NCBI GenBank assembly: GCA_951406725.2
Contig: OX597815.1
Coordinates: forward strand, 128,216,001-128,280,000
Direction of reading: 5' to 3'
Length of the DNA: 64,000 nt
DNA from: Octopus vulgaris
Lineage: Eukaryota
The notes under the pieces: model-generated
Databases searched by the model: none
What the model was told of the DNA's origin: nothing
What the model saw: only the letters and a program-made list of their open reading frames with translations
In this document: positions 12,901 to 26,569 of the stretch, in pieces
Numbering within the stretch: position 1 is the stretch's first letter
Layout: each line of letters opens with the position of its first letter
Translations under genes and position numbers: made by a program

Positions 12901-14351
12901 TTACTACTGACAGATAAAATATAGTTATATTCAAACATGCTTAAACATGTCACAGATTTAAGGAAGAATGTAACTCAGTTAAAAATCTGAAACATTACTG
13001 TACCAAATTAGATAAACTGGATATCATTCTATATAAGATACAGTTGAGCACAAGCATACCAAGTTTAATTGTCATACTATGAAAGTTTGAAATATTTCAC
13101 TTATAAACATTAATTACCAAAATTTAGTCATTTGTCAATTATATATTTACAGACAAAAATTTTGCTGAAAATTAGATTTTCAAAAGTCTGTTGCTCAAAT
13201 GCACAAATGAACTATACATTTGACTTATTGGGAAACTGAAAAAAAAAACATATGAGAAGTTCAATACCTAATGTATTAGTCAATTTATGTACATAGATTT
13301 TAAAATGCAGGAGTTTAAAACCACGAACGTTTTTTTTAGCCAAAATGCATTTCATGCCAGAATTTGCTACGATGTGAAAGGAATTTAAACCAATGCTAAA
13401 GCCAATATATGTATATCTTTCACCAAACGAAATCTGTCCTTAACATCATTTAAATGCAACCATCTTTGTATATATTCCATGTATCTGAAATTCTTGTGTG
13501 CTATACCTCATAAGATTTAGTTGAAGTAAAGAAACCACACCCAGAGCATGCAATTATCAATGGATTAAGACTACAGCAAAAAGGAATGAAGGGTAAAGAA
13601 AAAGGCAGATATGTTTTAAAAGCATTAATAAGAAGAAAGGAAATTATATTGTTTTATTATTTCAAATGTTAGAAACCATTCCTCTTTTTTTATTAGTAAG
13701 AGATGGAAAAGTAAAAAATATTAAATATTTTTATTTTAGCATTCATGTAATGAAAAATTTGATCTCTATTTAAAATAAAACAGCCTCAGCATGCTATTAA
13801 AAGGTAGCAATGAATATTCATAATAAAAGTATACTTTAGATTAAGTGGCAGATACTGAAATATAATCTAACATATTTATTTCTGAGCTTCTACAGTAAAG
13901 TAAGAAATTCAAATTTAAACCAGTTATTTGATGTATCTAGTTACATTAAAGTAACATTAAATAGAAATGACTCAAGAAACTTTTCAAGTCTAAACTTTAG
14001 CTTAACATCAGGAATTTTTTTTATTATTAATGAGTCCACCAATAAGAAAATGATAGTCTATTTCTATATAACCATTTGCCACATTTAAACAAGTATGTGT
14101 TTGCACACATAGCCTATCAGCAGCACTTTTGCACCTCCAGAAAGATGGATGGAATATGTCCAAAATGCCACACTGCGCTCCATACAAACAAACATTGCAC
14201 AAAAAATATTTGGGATATCAATTGCTGGACCAAGAAATAATGATGTTCCTATGAATTCAGATAGCTTCCTTTGTGCTACAGTCTTGCTCAACAAGGTTTC
14301 ACTAGTTGATAAAGTTTAGAAGACTTGACAAATCCACTGTATCCTGTAAGA

Positions 14352-14617
14352 CAAGGGCCCCAACTACCAATCCATTGACCAGCACTGAAGCCATGGATCA
14401 TTAGGTACCAGACTGCACATAAAGAATAAAGTTTTAAACTTTATTTCTCTTTCAATGACAACTGCAGTGCGCTGGGTATTTTTGCATTATATATGTATTG
14501 CATATGTAATAAATTAGTTATCTATTCTATTTTGTTATGCATATGATCCCCTGGTCCATGGAAAAATTGTCTTCCATGAAACAAACGCTAGGTGCAAAAA
14601 GAAGTTAGGGACTGTTT
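14352..14617. mobile_element. hAT/Charlie-like MITE
   Basis: Ends CAAGGGCCCCAAC... and ...GGTCCATGGAAAAATTGTCTTCCATGAAAC...GGTGCAAAAAGAAGTTAGGGACTG resemble MER1/Charlie3-type termini; possible decayed 8-bp TSD (CTGTAAGA/CAGTACAA). Confidence 0.65.
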
Positions 14618-16352
14618 CAGTACAAAGAAATGTAATAATGAATAATCCCTTAACTTATAAAGTACTCACCTTCTTTAGTAAATTTATAATCTGCTCAACA
14701 CTTTCCGTCATTTTTTATGTGCTTTCACTCACATTGGAAACTAAGCAGATATTCAAGTTTTCTTGAATTGACTGACATAATCAGATCAATGAGATGAACA
14801 TGCAGCAATAATTATCAAGTTAAAAATTATGAACTAAAGAATGGCCCAGATAAACAAGAGTTTTCAGTTTAATTCAGCATAGTATATCACCTATCTATGT
14901 CCTGCCTCTCACAAAATGATTCACTATTAGTGCTGGTCAAAGCATATTATAGGAAGTAGTTAGGGCTGTGAATAGAGTGAAAGAGAAAGACAAGGATGAA
15001 AACACTATAGAGCAAAGAGCTTTTGAAGTTCAATGCCCAGAGTTATAGCAGATGAAATATGGCTGCCTAACATGACTAACCAATGTCTTTCAGCCAGAAA
15101 TATACAAGATTCAATAGCTGAATGAAATATTCATGAATAGGTCTTGAAACTATAAAACCAAGATGAGCTAAGAGGGAAGCCACAATGTGATCACTTGAAA
15201 TGTTAGAAATAGTGGCTAAATCACCCTCAAATCACACCCTACTCCCTTAAAAAAATAATTTTACCAATAAACATATTTTTAAACAGTTTAAGCCATTTCT
15301 CTATTATCAAGGAATGTTTGAGAATGAAAGTATTAACTTTAAATCTCCATGTCTTCCTTAATGCTAATACTACTTTTTAAATAAGTTCATTAAGGTAGGA
15401 AAATAATGTGTTATGTGTGTATATAAATTTGAGAGTAATTATCATGAGTACTGATGGAAATATTTTTGAATACCAAATGTTAGTAATACTTTATTATGCA
15501 TATGATAAAGTATGGTGCCTGATGACAACAGAAACTGAACAATTCAAAATTGCAGATATTTACTAAAACATAACACAACAGATGAATTTATGGACCTTAT
15601 GGTTTCTCTGTCAACACCGAGTCTTTCTTAAAAATCACAACACAATGAACATAGCAACATTTAATCAGATATCTTTTTTGTCAATAGGAAACATCTGGCT
15701 TTATAATCATGCCATTTTAAACAATAACCAAAAACAATGGAAGAGATTAGTAAAAAATAAACAAAAGAAAGTTGAGTAATTTATACACTAGAGAAGAGAT
15801 AAAGCAAAATCATGGAAACCATTGCATTTAGTATTTGTACTGAGTTTAGACAGACAAAAAGCCTTATCTTTATACTCTGCTATGTTACACCTTATAAATT
15901 ATATTCAAAGCTACCTTGTATATTTTCTGGTGAATTTATTCTAGAACAAAAATCCTCCCAACTCCAAAACATGAATCTAAAAAATACAGATCCTTAAATT
16001 TTAAAGGTTTTCTACTTTACTTAAAATTCATTCAACCAATCTCTCCAATTTTTGTTAATTTACCAATTTGAATCAAGCTTAAAATGCTTACACATGATTA
16101 TATGTTCCAAGGTACACTTCTCTGTCAATAGTTTAAATATATCCCTATTAAGTAAAAAGTGTCCAAAAAGAAAAAGAAAAATCTGAAAAATACTTAATAT
16201 TTTACTTTACCATCCACTGTAAGGAATTTATGTAAACACTTGTTTAGTAATAATACAAAATAAAATAAAAATCTATTAAGCAGCCGGGGGTTAAAAAGTT
16301 ATTCAAACAGCCACCTGAACTTGCCAGCATTCATAGTAACAGTAACACTCAC

Positions 16353-16718
16353 CTGGTTGATGCACTCCAGTATTAGGTGGGAATGTTTGGGGAGCTGGAT
16401 ATCTCATTGTTGGAGTCATCTGCTGGCCTGGTTGAAGAGGACCAACATTAACTGTTCGCTGTGCTTGTGGGTTTACATGATACTGTGGGTGGCCAGCAAC
16501 ATTGCTAGCAGGTATTTGCTGATTAAGAGAAAGACCTGGTGCTGGGATGGGTGAGGGAGTAGGTTGCTGATGTGAAAGTTGCTGGCGCTGTTGTAAATGA
16601 TATTGGTTGCTTGCCGAAGAACTAATACTTGATACACTGTCTGGGCTTCCGGGACGATCCGGAGCAGTGATGGCAGTTGGCACTGGTGTCTGAGCAGAGC
16701 TTTCATTTGGTGTGGGCC
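16353..16718 (-). CDS. TFG: TFG coding exon 5 (S/P/Q-rich)
   Basis: 366 nt, catatag|GG...CCAG|GTGAGT; encodes (G)PTPNESSAQTPVPTAITAPDRPGSPDSVSSISSSASNQ...GVHQP; DRPGSPDSVSS resembles TFG DRSGTPDSIASS; phase 1-1. Confidence 0.88.
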
Positions 16719-19499
16719 CTATATGATGGACAGGGAAACATAATCGAATCTAATGATATACTTATCAGCAGCAACAGCTGCATGTAGCCTTAGAAAGACT
16801 ATAGCTTATGTTGCAAGTAAACCCCAAAAGTAACTTAAGCATAAAGAAAACTATACAGAACCTTGATTTATTTTCTTTTTAATCTGAAATCTTTTGTAAG
16901 ATCTAATGAATTCTTTTTAGATAATCCATTAGATTAATTGAAATTTTGAATTTTAATAATTAAATTAAAATTAGCACCAAAATAGGTATTGAAAATGTTA
17001 TAAATACCCAAATAGCTACAGATACCAAGAAAAGCTGAGAAGAATGTTAAATAATGCTTAAACTAGAACTTAAAATAATCCTACATATAAAAAAACAAAA
17101 AAAAAAAAAAACGGTTTGAAATGATACTTTATAATGTTCTTTTCAGTAAGCCTCAACTGTATAATAATCTGTCTGATTTAGTCTATAAACATGTAATAAA
17201 TATATACAACTAAGATTGAATATTTAAATTAAATTCAAAATGTCGCCTGTCAAGAAGCAATTTATCAACTGTTATTCTATTCAGTGCAGTTTATTACACT
17301 TATACATAAGCACATATACAACAGACACACACCACGAACACTCAAGAAATGTTTGGCTCACAATAGTCTACAAAACTGACCATTGAAATATATCAAGTAA
17401 AGCTTTCTCTTTTTCTTTTCTTCTCATGATAAAAAATGGAGAGAAAAAGTAACATATTCCTTCTCATCTAGCAAGAGAATGGAAAACAATAAAAGAAAAG
17501 AACAACTTATAAAAATAAATTATAAACCACCCACTTAGGCTAAGCAGGTGTCTTAATAGTTAAGTACTATCTCAGAAAATACATGGATAACTGCCAAACA
17601 GTTGCAGTTTCAAACCTAGTCAGGGAAGGATTTCAAGGAAAAAAATTGCAATAAAAAAATTAAATACCAATAGTACAGCATGATGGTTGGGATAGAACTT
17701 AACTTGAAATATGGAATCTTGAGTCATCATCAAGCATAACTGGCTATTTTTACCACCTGGATATGCTCATCAGAATTGACTCAGGTGAGAGGCTAACAGA
17801 CAGCAACATTGCATTACAAGTTAAAACTGGTTTCTACAATGGTTTTACTACATTCAGTGGTTCACAGCAAGAGTGCAGCAGTGCATCTTGGAACTAACCT
17901 CAGTTGATAAAGTCTATACAAATGTAATTGTAATTTCTTCCTTTACTGGAGGAATAAACCATATGGATTTGCTAAGGATGTAAATTTAGAAAAAAATGCA
18001 TTTTTATATCTATTATAATTTATTGTATGTACACATATACATACTATATACTTACACACAAAGTGAGTACAAAATATTTTTAAGCATCTAAATAATGATT
18101 TAAAATAATTTACTAAAATTATCTTCACTTAAATGCATGGACATCCAAGTGAGAAATTTGTTATGGATAGCATCTATCTTAGTGGTAGCATCTACACACC
18201 TGTTTCTAACTAAGCCAAAAGTGCTACAGTTGCTAGACTAAATAAATATCAATTTTTAACCAACATAATAAATACATAAACAATAGCTTGTTTGTACATC
18301 AGCATTAAGAAATATATTAATTCCAAGTATATTTCTGTTATTTCCTAATCAAAACATCAGCTAATGCGAAAAAAAAAGTATTGATTAGGCAGAAACTAAA
18401 TACTTATAAATATGGTTTATAGCACACTGAACTGATTTCAATGTATTGTTTGCATTTATTTTATCAAATCCAAATGAAAGAAAAGCACAGTTTGGCCCTA
18501 GTGACATTGCAACTCAGATCAATGAGGGAAACACTGAACTTTGGATATCAAAAGGAATCCAAGCTGGTTTTCAACATCCCATGCCATCTCCACAATCCTA
18601 TATGCTATAAAAACAATTTGTCTTGTATACATCCATCCAGACATGCATTTCAGCATGCTCTACTCCTGGAAAGATTGTTGAGGTAGAACCTTCAACTAAT
18701 TCATTCATAGGGTTCTATCAAAAGTAACAGGTCACTTCCCTGCTAGATTCCAAGCATCACCAAGACTATGGAAATTATCCAACCATCTCACTCCTGGTCT
18801 ATTCCTAGCTCTCCTGCCAGCTGGCTTGGCTAGAAGAATCTGTCTTGTATACATCAATTAACAATATTCATCTAATTATGCTCCAGACATTCAGAATTAC
18901 TTCATCCCTTTGCTGCATATGATATGTTAGATGTTCCTGAGTGGATTTCATCATTATAGATCATTATTATTGAAATCAAAAATGGTTTTAGACAAAATTC
19001 AGATTCTGTTTTCATTTTCAAGTATAAGAACTTCGAAGTAGAACAAATACACAGAAATGTAAGCAGCAGGGAAACTGGCATAACTACATTTATATCATTG
19101 TAAACTCTTGCCAAGAAGATAACTCCTTTCATTTAAATAACTGAATTACTAATTTTAATTAGAAAGTATAAATGAATCTATTAGATAAATAAAACAGCTA
19201 GGAACCTAAAGTAAAATTTTGTTTAATTTTAATTCAGGGTATTTCAAGAATATAAATTATGTCTAAGGTTATGATTAATTGTGACCATAATTTGTTTGGA
19301 CTGTTAATCTCATCTTTAGATATATAAAATGTTTAACCCTTTAGCTTTTAAACCAGCCACATCTAACCCAAATATTCTACATGCTTTATGTTTAAACCAG
19401 CCAGATCTAGCCTGTCATCCCTACCCTACAATGTTATTTTAAAAAGATATTTTCACATCATCAAAATCTCAAAGCTACATGATAATGCATAATTCAAAA

Positions 19500-20255
19500 T
19501 CATCATCATTTAACATCTGCTTTCCATGCTAGCATGGGATGGATGATTTAACTGAGGACTGGTGAACCAGATGGCTGCACCAGGCACCAGTCGTGATCTG
19601 GCAGAGTTTCTACAGCTGGATGCTCTTCCTAACGACAACCACTCCGAGAGTGTAGTGGGTGCTTTTACATGCCACCAGCACGAGGGCCAGTCAGGCAGTA
19701 CTGGCAACGGCAACACTCAAATGGTGTTTTTTACATGCCACCTGCACAGGACTCATCCAGCAGTACTGGCAATGACTTCGCTCCAATGATGTTTTTCACA
19801 TGCTACCAACACAAGTGCCAGTAAGGTGATGCTGGTAACGATCGTGCTTGAATAGTACTGTTTACGTGCCACTGGCACAGAAGCCAGTCAGCTGCTCTGG
19901 CAACGATCACGCTTGGATAGTGCTCTTAGCACTCCACTGGCACGGGTGCCAGTCATCGAATTTGATTCAATTTCGATTTCACTTGCATCAACAGGTCTTC
20001 GCAAACAGAGTTTAGTGGCCAATGAAGGAAAGATGCGCATAAGTGAGCTGGTTACACCCCTGGCATACACCATGGGTTATGGTCTTAGTTGGCTTGCCAG
20101 GTCTTCTCTCGCACTGCAAGTTTCCAAAGGTCTCAATCACTAGATATTGCCTCAGTGAGGCCTAATGTTTGAAGGTCATGCTTCACCACCTCATCCCATT
20201 CCTGGGTCTACCTCTTCCACAGGTTCCCTCAACCACTAGGGTGTGGCACTTTTTT
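19500..20255 (-). mobile_element. RTE LINE 3' end
   Basis: CATCATCATTTAACATCTGCTTTCCATGCTAGCATGGG tail on +; modular 3'UTR; ORF end (GTCGRGRPR..DEVVKHDLQTLGL) at about 20150-20250. Confidence 0.88.
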
Positions 20256-20354
20256 AAATACTACATTTGAAAAAGTAATCTGAATGCTTACACTATGTTT
20301 TGATTAGTTCAATCTGTGGTCATCATTAGCTGTATTCCTGTATGTATACATATA

Positions 20355-20500
20355 ACTGAACTGGATTCAAATAAAGAACCTTTATTTCTAAACTAGAGGT
20401 AGTTTAACATTTTTATCCACTAGGGCAAATGTATGTTTCAGTGGCCTAGTGGATAGGAATGTTACTAGCCTTAGTTTAGAAATAAAGGTTCCAATTCAGT
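20355..20500. repeat. Imperfect palindrome (MITE-like hairpin) in a TFG intron
   Basis: GAACCTTTATTTCTAAACTA...TATCCACTAGG pairs with CCTAGTGGATA...TAGTTTAGAAATAAAGGTTC; outer ACTGAACTGGA/TCCAATTCAGT; 20-nt loop. Confidence 0.8.
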
Positions 20501-21678
20501 AACAGCAAACATAGCATTGATGAAAATATTAAAAACAGTTTTATCTCTAAAGATAAGGTTAAAAGAACAATTAGAATCACATAAATTATATTGTTTTATA
20601 CTAAGTCTTAAATAAATATGCATACATATAGTAAGAGAGAGATAATATATAATTATAATAAAAATTTGGCCTTATTCCCTTCTAGAGTCTAAAACATTGA
20701 AACAAAAGCTGTGTCTGAATTAAATATATATACATATTAATATACTTGCTTTGTATGATATCTACAAGATTCCACCATTCTATTCTTATACAGACATTGT
20801 TGTCATAACTATAGTTAATTTTTAACTATTTACTAAGCCCATGTGTTGAGACATGATTTGTAAAGCCTATGTGTATCTGTTCTCTACATATATCAGTCCT
20901 GAGTTTGTTTGAGATTTTAAATTTCTAACCTAAGCCAAGCAATTTAGTTGCTTTAATCAGCCTCAGTAAGACAGAATTCAAGTCCACATATATATGTTCA
21001 TTTCATTCACTTTATACTGACCAACATTGAGCTGAATCATCATCTTCACCACCATCATCATCATTTTACACCTGCTTTCCAAGCTGGCATAGGTTACTGC
21101 TCTCCTGGATAGGTTGGAAAACCACATCTCAGTTGTAAGTTTCATTTTGGATGCCTTTCCCAACACCAGCCAATTTACAGAGTGCATATTTTATGGCACC
21201 AGCAGAAGAGAGGCTGTCATGTCTTATTCCCCTTGGGCTGATGGAATGTATCCTCAATATAAAAACATAAACTTATGTCCTAAATGTAATATATAACTAC
21301 CTAGGTTTAAAATATCTGAGATACCTCCATTCTGTTTTATTTCCTTCACAGTGACGTTGTGATAGCTCTAAGTTTTAATTATTTATTGAGTGCTTTCATT
21401 GAAAAGTAGCTTAATTTTAGACAACTTGAAATATGTACTGTGGAGACATGTGTATTATATGTCCATATGTACATGAACATATATAGATATGATAACTTAA
21501 ACTGTGCAGGTATTTAAAAAAATCAAATTGAGAAGTAAGGAAACCTTTCTAGAGAATGGAAAATATATGAACTGCTAAAGCAACAAAAATTGAAAAATGG
21601 AATAATATAAAAAAAAAAGAATAGAACAAAAATCAAATAAGATAACAGAAAATTTACTAGGAATGACATGAAACTTAC

Positions 21679-21837
21679 CATCAGTGGAAAGACCAAAAGA
21701 AGACATTACTTTATTTTGTGTGTTTTCTTCCACAGCCCTTTGAGAAGACAGTGGATCGAATTCCTTGCTATGTGCAGCATTGGCTGGTAATCCACATTTG
21801 ATACTTGTTTGTCGTTTACCATTTGTTTCACCATTTC
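21679..21837 (-). CDS. TFG: TFG coding exon 4
   Basis: 159 nt, tttcag|GA...GATG|GTAAGT; encodes (R)NGETNGKRQTSIKCGLPANAAHSKEFDPLSSQRAVEENTQNKVMSSFGLSTD with the TFG FDPL...VMS.FGL motifs; frame continuous with neighbours. Confidence 0.92.
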
Positions 21838-22522
21838 CTGAAAGTAAAATGAAATCATGAATATTGATACACACACACATGTGATCATCGTTACATTTAT
21901 TTTTCAATACTAGCATAAGCAAGATGAATACATTATTGATGCATTGTTTTACAGTCAGATGTAGTGCTAGTGCCATGTAAAAAACAGCTATGTCAGTGCC
22001 ACATAGTAAGCACCCATGCCAGTACCACGTGTAAAACATCTGTGCTAGTGTCATGTATAAAGCATCCATGCCAGTGTCACATATGAAGGACCTGAACTGG
22101 TGCCACATATAAAGAACTGGTGCTGATGCCACATTAAAAGTATGGGTTGAACAGTTTCCCAAGAGGTGGCAAGCCAGAGGACTGCACCAAACTCTATATC
22201 TGCTTTGGCTTGGTTTTTACACTCAGGTGTCCTTCCTAATGCCAACCACTTTGCAGAGTGTACTGGGTGCTTTTCACATGGCACAAGCACTGGTGGGGTC
22301 AACAAGCAACCTGTAAGACAAAGACTCCTCAGCTGGGAGAGGAAGTAGTATTGAGGGAGGTGGCTTTGTGATGAGAGGTTAAAAAAATAGAGGAATAGAG
22401 ATACGAGTCTTGCTGTAGAAGAGAAACAAGGATACCCCAGTTGGAAAACAAGAGAGAGAGAGACTTAGAGAGAAAGCTATATATATATATATACATGCGC
22501 ACGCACACACACACACACACAC

Positions 22523-22741
22523 AGAGGAGATGCTAAAAAGTTCCGGGCTTTCGGTAAAAGAAAATACAGGAGGATCAGTTAATTATGATTTTATTCAACA
22601 TATTCTCCCCTCAGATTCTCAAGCCTATTACAGCTGTCCTTCAGTTTTTTTCGAAACCCTGTAAAAGACCTCGGAGGGTTGGGCCTCCAACCAGGCCTAT
22701 CACAATACCCTTAAAACCAGGAACTTTCCAGCAACCCCTCA
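22523..22741 (-). mobile_element. MITE derived from the same mariner family
   Basis: Same TIRs (GAGGAGATGCTAAAAAGTTCCGGGCTTT...AAAACCAGGAACTTTCCAGCAACCCCTC); body equals the reverse complement of 6640-6808 joined to the element's 5' ~45 bp. Confidence 0.88.
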
Positions 22742-22769
22742 TATAGTGAAGTTGTTAAATGATACTAAC

Positions 22770-22916
22770 TTAAAGAAGAGGTTTCTCCATCATCTGAGTA
22801 TACTCCAGGTGGTTCTAGTACATCAAGAAGTTGATTAATTCTGTTTCGTAAATCTTTGAGCTCCCGACGAATATATTTGACTTCATCACTTTCCAAATGT
22901 CGTGGTAATCCATTTA
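22770..22916 (-). CDS. TFG: TFG coding exon 3 (coiled coil)
   Basis: 147 nt, ttttag|TA...TTAA|GTTAGT; encodes (V)[48 protein letters not shown], matching TFG [35 protein letters not shown]; phase 1-1. Confidence 0.95.
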
Positions 22917-22959
22917 CTAAAAACATAAAATTAAACAATAATTAAACAGTTTCTCAATT

Positions 22960-23000
<41 letters not shown>

Positions 23001-23734
23001 CACACACAAATATACATACATACATACACATAAATACGCATACATATTAAGTCAGTTTCCTTTATATTTAAAAACCTTTGTAAAATTTTTTATTTTCAAA
23101 CATTGCCAATTACGTTGTTAATCCTTACAAAGTAACAAAGACAATCTAGCAGCCCCACCACTTTTCTGGTTTAAACAAAGGACCAATCTCTTACAAATAT
23201 TTTTTTGTCTGCATGTGCAAATTTAAATTCCTTTTTCTTTTTTAACAGAATTCTAAGTAATAATAGCCATGTTATATTTTCTTTTTATTTCCTTTATGAT
23301 AGACGCCTCAGTGAGCACTATACTCAAAGGCTTAATGGTGATCTTATTCTACTTCACAACCATAAATTATTTCAGGAAATCACTTTGCTACTATGACAAT
23401 ACATGAAATCAGGCCTTGGATAAGAAAAACACATTTAAAAAAAAATTATCCCTTGACACCTGTCGCACTGATCACCACAAGTGATCTATTCTTTCCAAAG
23501 ACCGTGATGCCTGGCATCTCACTGTCTTCCAGACAACAGTTTCCTTTGAAGATACCTGCAGACCATCCATGCAGACAAAAGAATAAGGAGGAAAATCAAG
23601 GACACTATGACAAACCCTAACTGGCCCTGAATAGGAATCATTGGGCATCAAAAAGCCTGCAATGGACATAAACATCCTCCCCATTAATCTTTGCTTGCAA
23701 AGCCAAGCCAAGAAGATTTTCACTGACAACAATT

Positions 23735-25040
23735 TTAGACCTTGCTTCCACACCTGAAACTTCCCTAGTTCTGATAGTGACTCAGCTATTAGAGCAAGGT
23801 CATCAGCATAGAGAAGCTCCCAGGGGCATCCTGTCTTGAATTCCTCCGTTATTGCCTGGAGGACTATGATGAATAAGAGGGGGCTGAGGACTGATCCTTG
23901 GTGGACCCCTTCCAGGAATTCTTCACTATACTCGTTGCCACTCAGACAGCATCCCTGTATATGACTGGTACAGCTCTCAATAACCACTCATCTATCCCTA
24001 TTTTCTGCATTGACCACCAGATAAGGGACCGAGGGACCCTGTCAAAGGCTTTCTCCATGTCAACGAAAGCCAGGTACAGAGGTTTATTTTTGGCTAGGTA
24101 TTTCTCCTGCAGTTGTCTTACCAGAAATATAGCATCAGTGGTGCTTTTCCCTGGCACAAACCCAAACTGCATCTTGTCTAAACTGACTCTCTCCTTTATT
24201 AGTTGGGCTACGACCATCTCCATGACTTTCATTTCTTGATCAAACAGCTTGATACCTCTGTAATTATTTGTATCTAATGCATCATCTTTACCTTTGTAGC
24301 GGTTGACTATGATGCTGCTACACCAGTCATTGGGTATGACTCCTTCATGTATCACCAGATTGACTATACGTGTGACTAGACTACAGCCGACACCACCAGA
24401 TATTTTAAGCATCTCTGCAGTGATTCCTGATAGGCTGGGGGTTTTCCCTATCTTCATACCTTTAATTGCTTTATCTACCAAGGTACTGTCAATTTGGATT
24501 GCTGGTTCCTCTGTTGGGTCGACATTCAGCAGACTCTCTTTCATTCTCTTCATTTAGCAACCTTTCATAGTGGCATTGTGAATGTCTCTCTTTGCAGCCT
24601 CATTAAATACAAGTGAGCCATCATCCATGCAGACACATTTCTCTCCTATGACATCATGATTCTCTCTCACACACTCTCTTGCAACACAAAACACTTCAAG
24701 TCTTTGGTCCTCATGATGCAGAACATAGGCAAATTTTTCTTATCTGCTTCTCCTCTGGCTAAGTAAACCTGTCTCCTAGCTTCCCTTCTGGCAATCTGAT
24801 ACAATTCCCTGTTTCCATCATTCTTCCGGTCCTTCCATGCCTGTTTCTTTTCCCTAATGGCCCTGTAAACTACATTGTTCCACCACCATGTTACCTTGGG
24901 TCGAGAGGGGACTTTGCACCATCCACAGATCTGGTCAGTAGCCCTCAACAGGTTGTCTCATAGGAACCTCCAGTTGTCTTCCACATCATGTGATGCTATA
25001 TCCCCCTCTATTTCGTCAAAAGCTTCAAGTGGTATTTACT
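23735..25040 (-). mobile_element. RTE LINE internal fragment in a TFG intron
   Basis: ORFs 24667-24948, 23942-24553 and 23472-23987 carry TWWWN, QFGFVPGKSTTDAIF, DMEKAFDRV, QGSVLSPLLF and YADD; frameshifts and a small internal deletion. Confidence 0.93.
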
Positions 25041-25159
25041 AAATCCTTCATTATTTTCAAAATTAAGTGAAATAAAAGCTGTGTATTTCAACAGAAATAT
25101 AACAAAGGAGTTGAGCAGAAAACATGCAAGATAAATTATACATAAGAAATACAAAATTA

Positions 25160-25261
<102 letters not shown>

Positions 25262-25861
25262 TTAAAATTTTATATTCATAAGACAGAGTGTGTATGAAAG
25301 TAGAGAGTAATAAATAATTGTAAAGCTTATACACATGTTGAAGTTCAAAGCTCATTCTGTTGCTACTCTAAAAAACAGGATTATTTTAGCAAAATTTCAT
25401 GTAATTGTTTTTTTTTATGTCATTGTTTGATGTCTACTTTTCTAAGCTTGCATGGATCAGATGGAATTTGTTGAGGCAGATTTTCTATGGCAATATGCCT
25501 TTCTTGTCACAAACACTCACTTGTTTCTAAGCAAGGTAATATTTCCCTATTGCTAGACATATTTTCATAGAAGATTGGAAACAAACAACATTGTTTGCGT
25601 AACAGTGATGCTTGTTTACAACCCTCACACATCAAGACAGGATATACAAAACAAATACACACTATATATATTTATATATATGTATACACATATACATGAC
25701 AAGCTTCTTTCAGTTTCCATCTACCAAATCAACTTTGATCAGCCCATGGTCATAGCAGAAGATGCTCAAAGTGATACACTATGGGACTTAACCCAAAATC
25801 ACATGGTTGGGAAGCAAGCTTCTCAGTCACAAAGCCACACCTACAGCCAATCATATTTCAT

Positions 25862-26200
25862 CAATCATCATCATCATCATTTCATGTCCATTTTCCATGC
25901 TAACCTGGGTTGGACAGTTTGACTGAAGTCTGGAAAGCCAGCAGCTGAACCAAGCTCCAATCTGAACAGGCAATGTTTCTACAGCTGGATGCCCTCTCTA
26001 ATACCAACCACTCAGTGTAGTGTGGGTGCTTTCATGTGTCACTGGAACAGGAGCCAGTCAGGCAGGCCTGGCATCAACCACATTTGGATAGTGCTTTTCA
26101 CGTGCCACTGGCACAGGAGCCAGTCAGAGGGCACTGGCATCAGCCATGTCCATATGGTGCTTTTTACGTGCCACCAGCACAGGAGCCAGTCAGGCAGGCT
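25862..26200 (-). mobile_element. RTE LINE 3'UTR fragment
   Basis: (CAT)n tail, CAGCTGGATGCCC core and repeated GTGCTTTTCACGTGCCAC modules. Confidence 0.8.
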
Positions 26201-26569
26201 TGGTGAGTTTAGAAAAACATATTTTAGACTTGTTAATGAGTACAGCTGATTGAATGGTCAATTGCATGAATCCTTAAGTTTTGATGAAATAATTCTGTTT
26301 ACCAACATACAATTACAACAGATTATATAAGCATTTGTAACATAAATGTATTCAATGTTTTTATATGAAAAACAAAATACTATAAATCTGATTGTGTGCA
26401 TTTACTAACTTACATTAAATTAAGATACTGGCTAGTTTACATAAATTTAGAAATTTCACTTAGATGATCATAGATTAATTTTACACAACATGCCATCCCA
26501 TCAAGCAGCTTTTCTCTTTACATTAATACTAAACATTATGGCAACTGATTAATTATCTTATGTAATTCA

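Noticed and set aside
15519-15550. CTGATGA-CAACA-GAAAC hammerhead-like core
   Set aside because: No stem II closing pair, no stem III ending in a UH cleavage triplet and no stem I.
21838-22162. N-terminal part of the 195-aa ORF 21575-22162
   Set aside because: Only 21679-21837 is a TFG exon; the rest is intron and minisatellite read-through.
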